Origin: a virus
Taxonomy: Duplodnaviria > Caudoviricetes
Reading direction: 5' to 3' (one strand)
DNA length: 43,596 nt
IMG/VR virus record: IMGVR_UViG_3300037424_001846
Location: 1 to 43,596 of that record
Of the stretch, positions 26,705-33,808 are shown one piece after another (within the stretch, counting starts at the first letter, position 1; each line of letters opens with the position of its first letter). A program made the translations under genes and the position numbers. The notes beneath the pieces were generated by a model, which made no database searches, had not been told where the DNA came from, and saw nothing but the letters and a program-made list of their open reading frames with translations.

Positions 26705-26808
26705 TTTGCGGTGCTGCGAGCAGCGCTTACGGTAAGCCACCGGATCGATTCAACTGCTAACCCTTCAGGGGGTTTCGTGATGTTGCTCCACGCCAACAGC
26801 ACCGCAAA
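26705..26808 (-). ncRNA. Candidate multi-stem ncRNA between tRNA-Pro and tRNA-Leu
   Basis: 12-bp closing stem TTTGCGGTGCTG/CAGCACCGCAAA fills the whole spacer; inner stems TGTTG/CAACA, AACCC/GGGTT, AGCAG/CTGCT, GCTTA/TAAGC. Confidence 0.6.
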
Positions 26809-26885
26809 TGGTCCGAATGGGAGGATTTGAACCTCCGACCCCCTGGTCCCAGGCCAGGTGCGCTACCGGGCTGCGCCACACTCGG
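26809..26885 (-). tRNA. tRNA-Pro(TGG)
   Basis: Acceptor CCGAGTG/CATTCGG, CCTGG-CCTGGGA-CCAGG (C33), GGAGG-TTCAAAT-CCTCC, ACCA end. Confidence 0.9.
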
Positions 26886-26895
26886 TTAGTTGTTT

Positions 26896-26927
26896 CAATC
26901 GATGGATCCGTTAGGATCCATCGATTG
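26896..26927. repeat. Perfect 14-bp inverted repeat
   Basis: CAATCGATGGATCC-GTTA-GGATCCATCGATTG. Confidence 0.85.
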
Positions 26928-26999
26928 CCCCCGGCAAGATTCGAACTTGCAAGTGGCGGTTTAGGAAACCGCTCCGGAATCCGTTCCCGGCTCGGGGGC
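26926..26999 (-). tRNA. tRNA-Arg(CCT)
   Basis: Acceptor GCCCCCG/CGGGGGC, D stem CCGG/CCGG, GCGGT-TTCCTAA-ACCGC, GCAAG-TTCGAAT-CTTGC. Confidence 0.9.
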
Positions 27000-27008
27000 G
27001 AGATGAAA

Positions 27009-27064
27009 GAGGGTTTTCGGAAAGGCGGACAACTCCCGCCTAGCCTGCGGTCATTTTCACCCTC
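27009..27064 (-). ncRNA. Candidate small structured RNA
   Basis: Closing stem GAGGGT/ACCCTC, inner AGGCGG/CCGCCT. Confidence 0.35.
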
Positions 27065-27077
27065 CAGACCCATCAAA

Positions 27078-27148
27078 GGAGCGGGGGGAACGCCCAGCCG
27101 TCGCTGGTAATCACGCCCCATGGGTACGCTAGTTCCTTACCCCGCTCC
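27078..27148 (-). ncRNA. Candidate structured RNA just 3' of tRNA(CAT)
   Basis: GGAGCGGGG/CCCCGCTCC plus GGAAC/GTTCC separated by a TAA bulge; inner CCAGC-GACG-GCTGG. Confidence 0.55.
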
Positions 27149-27151
27149 GAA

Positions 27152-27228
27152 TGGTGCCGGGGGCCAGAGTCGAACTGGCTATCCTCGGCTTATGAGACCG
27201 AGATGGTAATCCGTTCCACTTCCCCGAC
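27152..27228 (-). tRNA. tRNA with CAT anticodon (elongator Met or Ile2)
   Basis: Acceptor GTCGGGG/CCCCGGC, TCGGT-CTCATAA-GCCGA, GCCAG-TTCGACT-CTGGC, ACCA; paired 1-72 and no 3GC anticodon stem, so not initiator. Confidence 0.88.
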
Positions 27229-27357
27229 AAAATGAAAAGCCTCCAGGTTGCAGCCATCCCGCTGAGTCACCCCCAAGGAGAGAGGCGGATCCACCATTTC
27301 TGATGGACGACGTCGGACGATGGGTTTTGTCTAGCGTTGACCATTGAGCGATCACTC

Positions 27358-27448
27358 TTGCGGGAGAGGTAGTGTTGAACCTTCACCGTTGAACTTGTTC
27401 GCTCGATATGGGATGCCGATGGGCTGCCATTACCCAACCCCCCCGCAA
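27358..27448 (-). ncRNA. tRNA-like/pseudo-tRNA element
   Basis: 11-bp closing stem TTGCGGGGGGG/CTCTCCCGCAA with G-U pairs favouring the minus strand; D-arm-like GGGT-AATGGCA-GCCC; degenerate GGTTCAAC. Confidence 0.45.
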
Positions 27449-27450
27449 TG

Positions 27451-27575
27451 TGGGGGAGCGTGGAATCGAACCACGACGGTCGGCGTCTATTCCCAGTCAA
27501 CTTTCACAGTTGGTGGACGATATCGCCTGTCCGAGGCGCTCCTTACTTCGACTCAATTCGCTACCGAAGGCTCCC
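27451..27575 (-). ncRNA. Extended tRNA-like RNA with an intact T-arm
   Basis: GGGAG/CTCCC end pairing, perfect T-arm CGTGG-TTCGATT-CCACG, inner CGCCT/AGGCG and CAACT/AGTTG hairpins, no anticodon arm in register. Confidence 0.6.
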
Positions 27576-27577
27576 TT

Positions 27578-28114
27578 CTAGGCTACGTCAATGGTGGTTG
27601 TGGCGTTGAGGAGGGACAACCGGCCGTCGAGTTCTCCAAGGGTTTCGTCGAGGTCCTCGATCTCGGCGAGCAATCCGGCCTCGTCGAGGTTGATGATGAG
27701 GTCGGCCTTCTCCATGCCCGGTGGAGGGTTCTGGATCTTCGCCGAGGCGATATCGCGCCGGCCGTTCTGGATGGAACGGCTGATGTTCGTGAGGTACATC
27801 TTTCTGGCTTCGACCAGTTCCCGGCGCCAAATGAGCCATGCGGCGATGCAACGGGAGATCCCCTTCAACTCCAAGTTGGTTAAAAGGTTGGAGTCTTGGA
27901 TGGCGAAACGAAGGCGAATGAAGCGCTCCTCTAGATCACGAATCGCCTGCCACTCTCGCTTGACGTATTCCTCCGAGCCCCCCTCCTTCAGCATGGGGTC
28001 TACGGCACGGCTGTCTCGCAGGATGTAGTTCCCGGAGTGTTGGCGCTTCTTCTCGATGCGGGACTTGACCGTCTTCAGTTCTGCGAGGGCTTCGGTGATC
28101 GTGATCTTTGCCAT
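27578..28114 (-). CDS. DIP1984/septicolysin-like (DUF6847-type) coiled-coil protein
   Basis: ITEALAELKT..SRIEK, LRFAIQDSNLLT, IAAWLIWRRE, LDGRLSLLNATTTI; TAGGAGG SD. Confidence 0.72.
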   Translation of the reverse strand: MAKITITEALAELKTVKSRIEKKRQHSGNYILRDSRAVDPMLKEGGSEEYVKREWQAIRDLEERFIRLRFAIQDSNLLTNLELKGISRCIAAWLIWRRELVEARKMYLTNISRSIQNGRRDIASAKIQNPPPGMEKADLIINLDEAGLLAEIEDLDETLGELDGRLSLLNATTTIDVA

Positions 28115-28141
28115 CTGTCCTCCTAATCAGTTCAGTTCAGT

Positions 28142-28543
28142 TCAGTCGTAGAGCCATTCACGGGGAGATGGGAGAGAGTCGTCCATGTCCAAGTGAATGA
28201 AGGTCTTACCGATCCCGATTCGTTCGATGCCGCACTCCTTGGCGGCACGGTCGATTAGGAAACGCATTCGGGAAATGTCGCCCGGCCAACGCCCATAGAG
28301 GGCGATGTCTGCTGCTAGACCTTTGAGATGCGCTGAACCATCAACGGATCCAGATAAAGTGGCGTTGTGGGTGGCGGTGCGGATGCCGGAGGTGATGATG
28401 AGGGGGAAATTGCACATGGCACGGACCTTGTCGAGGGTCGAGACGAAAAGGAAGTCCATCGACCCGCCCGAGCCGGGAAAGTCGGGGCTGTCGAATTCAG
28501 AGGGGCGGAAAAACTTGATCTGGGACCATTGCTCGGTGGTCAT
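28142..28543 (-). CDS. Peptidase M15 family (probable endolysin)
   Basis: FFRPSEF, ITSGIRT..HN, SAHLKGLAADI, FIHLD Zn-ligand motifs; AGGAG SD before ATG 28543. Confidence 0.9.
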   Translation of the reverse strand: MTTEQWSQIKFFRPSEFDSPDFPGSGGSMDFLFVSTLDKVRAMCNFPLIITSGIRTATHNATLSGSVDGSAHLKGLAADIALYGRWPGDISRMRFLIDRAAKECGIERIGIGKTFIHLDMDDSLPSPREWLYD

Positions 28544-29007
28544 TTTGCTCTCCTGTCTAGGCGGGAGGTGATGCGACTGGAGAAGCGATTGGGGACACGC
28601 CACTTCTCCTTGAGGAAGACGTGGTGGTAGATGCGGTGGTCGAATTGCCAGAGGTATTCGATGAGGCGGAGCCAGTGGGCAAGGACGAGGCGAAGGTTGA
28701 AGGGGCGGGCTTGGGGGTGAATGGAGAGGGCAATGGCGATGCAGAGGCGTGGGTCAGAGAGGGGGAGGAGTTCCCCTTTGGCGAGGCGTTGGGCGCGGGC
28801 GCTGAAGAAGGCGATGTAGTGGGAACGGAGGCCGGTCCAGTTCTTGAGGGAGAGGGAGGTCTTTGGGCGAGAGGGACCAGTCAGTTTCTTGACGAGGTTG
28901 AACTTCAAGAGGCCGCGGAGAACGTAGTGGTGGAGGCAGTAGAAACTGTTCTCCCAGCGTGGGTTAGGACAGCGGAACTTCCCGCAGCGTTCTTTTAGGT
29001 TGTCCAT
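28540..29007 (-). CDS. Hypothetical protein with N-terminal C-x4-C...CLHH Zn motif
   Basis: ATGA coupling to the M15 gene; start MDNLKERC overlaps the polA end. Confidence 0.6.
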   Translation of the reverse strand: MDNLKERCGKFRCPNPRWENSFYCLHHYVLRGLLKFNLVKKLTGPSRPKTSLSLKNWTGLRSHYIAFFSARAQRLAKGELLPLSDPRLCIAIALSIHPQARPFNLRLVLAHWLRLIEYLWQFDHRIYHHVFLKEKWRVPNRFSSRITSRLDRRAK

Positions 29008-31304
29008 GGGGTCATCTCGCCCCAATTGGGACCGGATTTGGCGGCGACGGGGACGCGGAAACCGGGGGCGATCTGGGGGAACTCGGTCTGCATGGCGTCG
29101 ATGATCCCCCGGGGCTTTGCCCCGGGAGGGAGTTCACAGAGGAAACTGTCGTGGATCTGGGCAAGGAGGTTACCGCCACATTGACGGATGGCGGAATCGA
29201 CGGGGCGGAGGCCGGCCCACATGATGTCGGCTGCGGTGGACTGGGGGAGGTAGTCGTACATCTCTGGGATCTCGGCACCTTCGACGTCTCCGGAAGGGGA
29301 AATGTAGCAACTGTGGAACCAGCGGCGACGACCGAAGACGTTGCGGATGAAACGGTAGGAAGCACCTTGGCGGATCACTTGGGAACGCCAGGCAGCGAGG
29401 TCGGGGTAGAGGGAGAAGAAGCGGGTCTGAAGGGCTCGGGCGGAGGGGATGGAGGTCGGAAAGCCGGCGGTGGTGAGGAGTTGGGAAAGGCGGAAGGGGC
29501 CAGCACCGTAAAGGGTGCCATAGGTGGTGTTCTTAGCGCGGATACGGTCACAGCCAAGGGCGACCATGGTGACGGCATGGACGTCGCCTTCGAGGGCGTG
29601 GAGGAGGGCTTTGTCGTTGGACAAGGCCCCCGCGATCCGGAGTTCGATTTGGTTGTAGTCGAATTCCCACAATTGCCAATCAGGGTGGCGGGGGATGAAA
29701 AGACGGCGGGCAATGGGGGGTTGGTTCTGGATGTTGGGATGGGTGGAGGCGAGACGGCCTGTGGCGGCGGCACCGCGGGCGGCTTCCTTGTCGAAAGGGA
29801 GAAAAGATGGGTGGACGAATCCGTTCTCCATGGGGAACATCGTATAGGTAGAGAGGAGTTTGGACTTTTCACGGTAGTCGAGAAGCAACTGGAGGTAGGT
29901 CTGATGAGGATGGTTGGAAGGGAGATTCCTGGAAAGGGAGCGGAGAGATGTCTCGTCTACGGAGCCAGAGCGGCGGCCATAGAGGAGTTGTTGAAGTTGT
30001 GGGTTGGAGTTGGGGGATGTCTCAGGAGCAAGAGAACGGAGTTTCGATTGCAGAAAAGACGTCGTGTGGAAGAGTTCGTTACGCCACATGGAAAGGGCTG
30101 GGTGATCCACCTTGATCCCGCGTTCGGTCATTTCGATAAGGATGTGAAGAGAGGGCATAAGAGTTTTGTGGAAGAGATGATCGAGCCCATACCGCTCCAG
30201 GAGATGAGATTCGACCTCAGCGATCGCGTGCGTAATGGAGACATCGCTGGCGTTATAGAGAGATGGGTTCGTGTCAGAGAGATGTTTCCAGCGGTGGAGG
30301 TCGAGATAAAGCGGAGCAATGCGACCGAGACCCTTATAGAAATCAGGTTGAAGAAGGTGTGAGGCGAGCATGGTGTCGAAGAGGGGCTTGTCGTGGGGGA
30401 TGATGATGCCGGCGCGTCGGAGACGAGAAATGTCGAAGGCGAGATTGTGGCCGATTAGGCAGGAGGAGGCGTTGATGAGGAGTTGGGTGTGATGAGCGGA
30501 ACTCCGGGACCAAGGGGCGGACCAGACTGGGCCTCCAAAGGAGACACCGATGCGTTCTATGGCGGGAGAATGTCCGATTGTCTCGATATCGAGGCAGAGC
30601 GGCGTAGTGGTTGGATCCGGCGGAACATCGGTTGAAAGGACCGTGTGCGGGGACCAAACATGATGGCTGTTTCGATTCCCCAATTCCGAGAGTCGCTTAA
30701 GTCGGAGAATGTCGGCCTTGAGAATAGGTAGCGTCCGGTATTTCGATGCGGGGAGGGACGCGGGATCGTAGACCACCATAGATCCTGAAAGGTGTCGGGG
30801 AAGCGCAGGGAGTTGGCGTACCCGTACCATTCGACGTTTTGGATCCCCTCTTCGATAAATGAAAGAGCCGTCATCGCGTTTTCTCGATGTACGATATTCT
30901 CCAACAACCTGCTCAACTAGAACCTCCGCTGGTAGGAACTCGTCGGGGCGGATGATGTAGCCACGGAGGTCATCGATGTGACCACGTATTCCAGTAATGG
31001 CTCTGAACGGAGGATTCCCAAGGAAGCATATTGCTCGGATGAAAGGGGATATAGCAGCGTGAGAAAAAGTGTCTGGAGTACAGAATTCGAACTTGGATGC
31101 GGGGAGAGAGCATTCTGAAGCAATTCGAAGAAATAGAGATAGGGACGATTGAAGTGGGGAAGGTTCATGGACAGCCAGAATAGTTGGGAGTTCCTCCGCA
31201 TCCAGTCCATCATCTAGGACCGGAAGAGATTCTTCACCCTGGAGAGGAAGCGGGGGAGATCCGTCTTCGAGAGGGGAGATGGGATCTCGGGGGGAGTCTC
31301 CCAT
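28995..31304 (-). CDS. polA: Family A DNA polymerase with 3'-5' exonuclease and degenerate N-terminal UDG-like domain
   Basis: Exo CLDIET, GHNLAFD, YNASD; TGRLASTHPNIQNQP; motif A DYNQIELRI, motif B RAKNTTYGTLYG, motif C QIHDS; start uncertain. Confidence 0.93.
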   Translation of the reverse strand: MGDSPRDPISPLEDGSPPLPLQGEESLPVLDDGLDAEELPTILAVHEPSPLQSSLSLFLRIASECSLPASKFEFCTPDTFSHAAISPFIRAICFLGNPPFRAITGIRGHIDDLRGYIIRPDEFLPAEVLVEQVVGEYRTSRKRDDGSFIYRRGDPKRRMVRVRQLPALPRHLSGSMVVYDPASLPASKYRTLPILKADILRLKRLSELGNRNSHHVWSPHTVLSTDVPPDPTTTPLCLDIETIGHSPAIERIGVSFGGPVWSAPWSRSSAHHTQLLINASSCLIGHNLAFDISRLRRAGIIIPHDKPLFDTMLASHLLQPDFYKGLGRIAPLYLDLHRWKHLSDTNPSLYNASDVSITHAIAEVESHLLERYGLDHLFHKTLMPSLHILIEMTERGIKVDHPALSMWRNELFHTTSFLQSKLRSLAPETSPNSNPQLQQLLYGRRSGSVDETSLRSLSRNLPSNHPHQTYLQLLLDYREKSKLLSTYTMFPMENGFVHPSFLPFDKEAARGAAATGRLASTHPNIQNQPPIARRLFIPRHPDWQLWEFDYNQIELRIAGALSNDKALLHALEGDVHAVTMVALGCDRIRAKNTTYGTLYGAGPFRLSQLLTTAGFPTSIPSARALQTRFFSLYPDLAAWRSQVIRQGASYRFIRNVFGRRRWFHSCYISPSGDVEGAEIPEMYDYLPQSTAADIMWAGLRPVDSAIRQCGGNLLAQIHDSFLCELPPGAKPRGIIDAMQTEFPQIAPGFRVPVAAKSGPNWGEMTPWTT

Positions 31305-31525
31305 AGATCTAGTTGCTCCCCGAGCCCGTGGCGGGCGTCGGCCAAGAAGTTGTGGAAGGCAGAGAGCCCCTGAGCGGCGAAGTGGGTGGCGACGAGGGTG
31401 CAGTCTTCACAGACGTCAACGGGAATGATCGAGAGGCCGTGGGGAGACTTCTGAAGTCCCGGGGGGATGAGATGGATCGTCCCCCGCGGGATCTCAGAGC
31501 GCCCACACGAACTACAACGGTCGAT
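31214..31525 (-). CDS. Putative Zn-finger protein (CSSC...CEDC) with non-canonical start
   Basis: Fills the gap between the 31525..32049 gene and polA; the frame opens at TAATC (ATC where a TAATG coupling would place ATG). Confidence 0.45.
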   Translation of the reverse strand: MDRCSSCGRSEIPRGTIHLIPPGLQKSPHGLSIIPVDVCEDCTLVATHFAAQGLSAFHNFLADARHGLGEQLDLWETPPEIPSPLSKTDLPRFLSRVKNLFRS

Positions 31526-32049
31526 TACCCCTCGGTCGTCTCGGGCTTGGTGCGCTTGCGGCGGCCGTTCTTGGCCTTTGTCTTTCCCTTGGCCTTCTTG
31601 CGGGAGGCCGTTGTGACGGGAGGCCGGCCGCGCCGTGGGCGCGGGGCTGCCGACTGGGAGAGTTGGGCGTGGAGTGTGGAGAAACCCTTCTTTACGGATC
31701 GGAGACATGCTTTGGCGACCTTTGTGCGATCGGCTGGAGGGAGTTCGAAGTTGCCGATAGTGGTGACGATGATCCCACCGCGTAGATCGACTCCAACGAT
31801 TTCGGGTGGTCCGACGGGTGGGACGGGTTGTGTTGGCGAAGGAGCCACCCGTTGAAGGCGTGAACCGATCGCTCCTCCCATTTGGTCGTCCGGAGGATCT
31901 CCGGACGGAGGAGATGGAGGAGCCCCATTGCCAGGGGGGGTGAAGTCATCTCCCTCGATCGCTGCGCTGACATCGGGATCTCCGGCGATACGGGCTTCGG
32001 TTTCCTTGCGGACAAAGTCCGCCATTTGGTCGATGTTGTTGCCATCCAT
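31525..32049 (-). CDS. Hypothetical protein with basic C-terminus (RRGRP)
   Basis: AAGGAG SD; Pro-rich linker; Lys/Arg-rich tail. Confidence 0.75.
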   Translation of the reverse strand: MDGNNIDQMADFVRKETEARIAGDPDVSAAIEGDDFTPPGNGAPPSPPSGDPPDDQMGGAIGSRLQRVAPSPTQPVPPVGPPEIVGVDLRGGIIVTTIGNFELPPADRTKVAKACLRSVKKGFSTLHAQLSQSAAPRPRRGRPPVTTASRKKAKGKTKAKNGRRKRTKPETTEG

Positions 32050-32079
32050 GGCACTTATCTCCTTTGATGCGTTAGAGAT

Positions 32080-32180
32080 GGAGGGGGTTCAGGCTTTCAA
32101 CTAGGACTCGGGTTGGGAGAACTAGCGCTCTCTTCTCGTAGCCTGTGACTCTCGTGGCCCCCCTTTAGGGGACCCCCTCC
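32080..32180 (-). ncRNA. Candidate structured RNA/ssDNA element downstream of the SSB-like gene
   Basis: Closing stem GGAGGGGGT/ACCCCCTCC; CCCC-TAAA-GGGG, CAGGCT/AGCCTG, GAGAA/TTCTC. Confidence 0.5.
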
Positions 32181-32214
32181 AGGACTCACATACTGGATCT
32201 GACGCTGGGAGAGG

Positions 32215-32793
32215 TCAGATCGGTTCGAAAATGGTGATGATTTCGGGGAAGAAGCGCTTCTTTCCGTCTCGGCCCTCCGAGGGACCTTGCTTCACTTCGA
32301 AACGGATGGACTTTCCGACAAGCGGCGACGGAGTTGTAGGAGGCGGGAAAGCGTCATCTGGCGGAAAACAGGTGGCGAGAAGGCTTCCGGAATAGCCCCC
32401 ATCCTGGGAGTCAGGAAGAATCCCAACGCCGCGAAGAAGCATGGTGAGGCGGTTGGTAGACATGAAGGACATCTTGGCGAGGTTATCGGGGGAGCCGGAG
32501 GCCATGGCGACAGGGCAAATGCGGAGCCCGGTTTTGATGGGGAAGCCGATGTTGTCACCGGAGCCCTCCGCGGAGCAGGTGGTTTCGAAGTTCAAGACGC
32601 GGATCTTCAACTGGGAGTTGTTGTCGGTGTAGATGGAGGAGGAGACGGAGGTGATGGAGCCGGCTTCCTCCCAGAACTTCAACTCTGGGTTCTTGTTGGA
32701 GATACGGGCATTCGTGGGGACGACCATCTTGTACTCGGCCGCGGCTTCCGCGGCCTTGATGACGTCACCAGAGATCGAGAGGAAATCATCCAT
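32215..32793 (-). CDS. Putative ssDNA-binding protein (DUF669-like OB fold)
   Basis: Directly downstream of the Sak4-like ATPase; RLTMLLRGVG and LVGKSIRFEVKQ...DGKKRFFPEI pattern. Confidence 0.5.
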   Translation of the reverse strand: MDDFLSISGDVIKAAEAAAEYKMVVPTNARISNKNPELKFWEEAGSITSVSSSIYTDNNSQLKIRVLNFETTCSAEGSGDNIGFPIKTGLRICPVAMASGSPDNLAKMSFMSTNRLTMLLRGVGILPDSQDGGYSGSLLATCFPPDDAFPPPTTPSPLVGKSIRFEVKQGPSEGRDGKKRFFPEIITIFEPI

Positions 32794-33652
32794 GAGTTGC
32801 CTCCGTGAGGATAGGGGTGGTGACTGAGGGGATGTAGAACTTCTCGTGAATGGTGTTCCAGAAGTTGATTGGGTCGGGGTCCAACTCGATCATGGGGGCC
32901 GGGTTGTTGAGATGGGGGGAGCGGATCCCCGCGATCCAGATGGAATTGGTTTCAGTCCAGGCGACAATTCGGGCCTTCTTGTCGAAGCCAGAGGTGACGG
33001 ACTGGCGGGTGAGGCGGACGGTCGAAGGGAAGCGGCCGGCGATCGAGCCGATCGTTTTCGAGCCGACCGTGAGGGGGCCGCCGATCAGGGTCTTCGCTCC
33101 GGCTTCCATAGCCTCGCGGTAGCCCTCCCAGCAAAGGACGATGATGTGGAGGGGCTGCTGAAACAAAAAGGTGATGAGGCGATCTACGGCACCTTGGGCG
33201 GCACCGTAATCCCCTTGCATTGCAATGGTTTGGTGGTCTTTTGCGCCCTTGACCCCCATGGTGATGTGGGAACCTTGGCTGAAGGAGCCCTGATCGCTGA
33301 TCTGAGCGAGGATCTGCTGGGAGGTGAAGGATAGGGTGTCCCAGACGAGGGTGCGGACTTTGGAGTAGCGACGGACCCAATCCTCTCGGGCGAAGAGGAA
33401 GGCGTCGCCGCGGACATCGTGAAGGCCGGTCTTTGGATCGGGGGCGCTGATGATCGTGTGGATGCGGGAGCGATAATGGGGGAGGACACTGTCCAACCGT
33501 TCCGCGCCTGGATCCGCAGCGAGATACGCGATCTCACCGTAGGGATCCTCGGGAAGCGAGAGGGCAAGGCGGGTCTTCCCCACTTTGGGGGCGCTGTAGA
33601 TCAGCCAGCGTTCGAGGTCGGTTCGGGATGCAACTGGTTCTATGAGGGGCAC
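32786..33652 (-). CDS. AAA_24 / Sak4-like ssDNA-annealing ATPase
   Basis: WLIYSAPKVGKT, TLVWDTLS, QGDYG, HIIVLCWE, GGPLTVG. Confidence 0.82.
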   Translation of the reverse strand: MPLIEPVASRTDLERWLIYSAPKVGKTRLALSLPEDPYGEIAYLAADPGAERLDSVLPHYRSRIHTIISAPDPKTGLHDVRGDAFLFAREDWVRRYSKVRTLVWDTLSFTSQQILAQISDQGSFSQGSHITMGVKGAKDHQTIAMQGDYGAAQGAVDRLITFLFQQPLHIIVLCWEGYREAMEAGAKTLIGGPLTVGSKTIGSIAGRFPSTVRLTRQSVTSGFDKKARIVAWTETNSIWIAGIRSPHLNNPAPMIELDPDPINFWNTIHEKFYIPSVTTPILTEATHG

Positions 33653-33808
33653 TTAGACTAGTCCCCAGTAGTCAGTGGCCCAATAGCGATATGCGTTGGT
33701 GTCGAAGAAGAGGCGGGGAACGTTGTCATCCTCGGTCCAGGTCTCGTAGGCTATGCAGAGAGATGGGATGTCGTGACAGTGACAGTCTCCACAGTCCTCA
33801 TGCCCCAT
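33653..33808 (-). CDS. Small Cys/His-rich hypothetical protein (51 aa)
   Basis: MGHEDCGDCHCHD...; fills the gap between primase and ATPase. Confidence 0.45.
   Translation of the reverse strand: MGHEDCGDCHCHDIPSLCIAYETWTEDDNVPRLFFDTNAYRYWATDYWGLV

Noticed and set aside
26705-26808. Hammerhead or pistol ribozyme (CGAAAC, CTGAAG, TAAGCG words)
   Set aside because: CTGANGA is not complete and the required stems and pseudoknot are not in the right order
26465-27575. Suppressor tRNA, alternative genetic code or HDV-like theta ribozymes
   Set aside because: No CTA, TTA or TCA anticodon; genes are intact in code 11 and use all three stops; I could not fit an HDV-like nested pseudoknot 3' of any tRNA by eye (a covariance search is still worthwhile)
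27451-27575. tmRNA
   Set aside because: Too short, no G3-U70 alanine acceptor, no tag ORF
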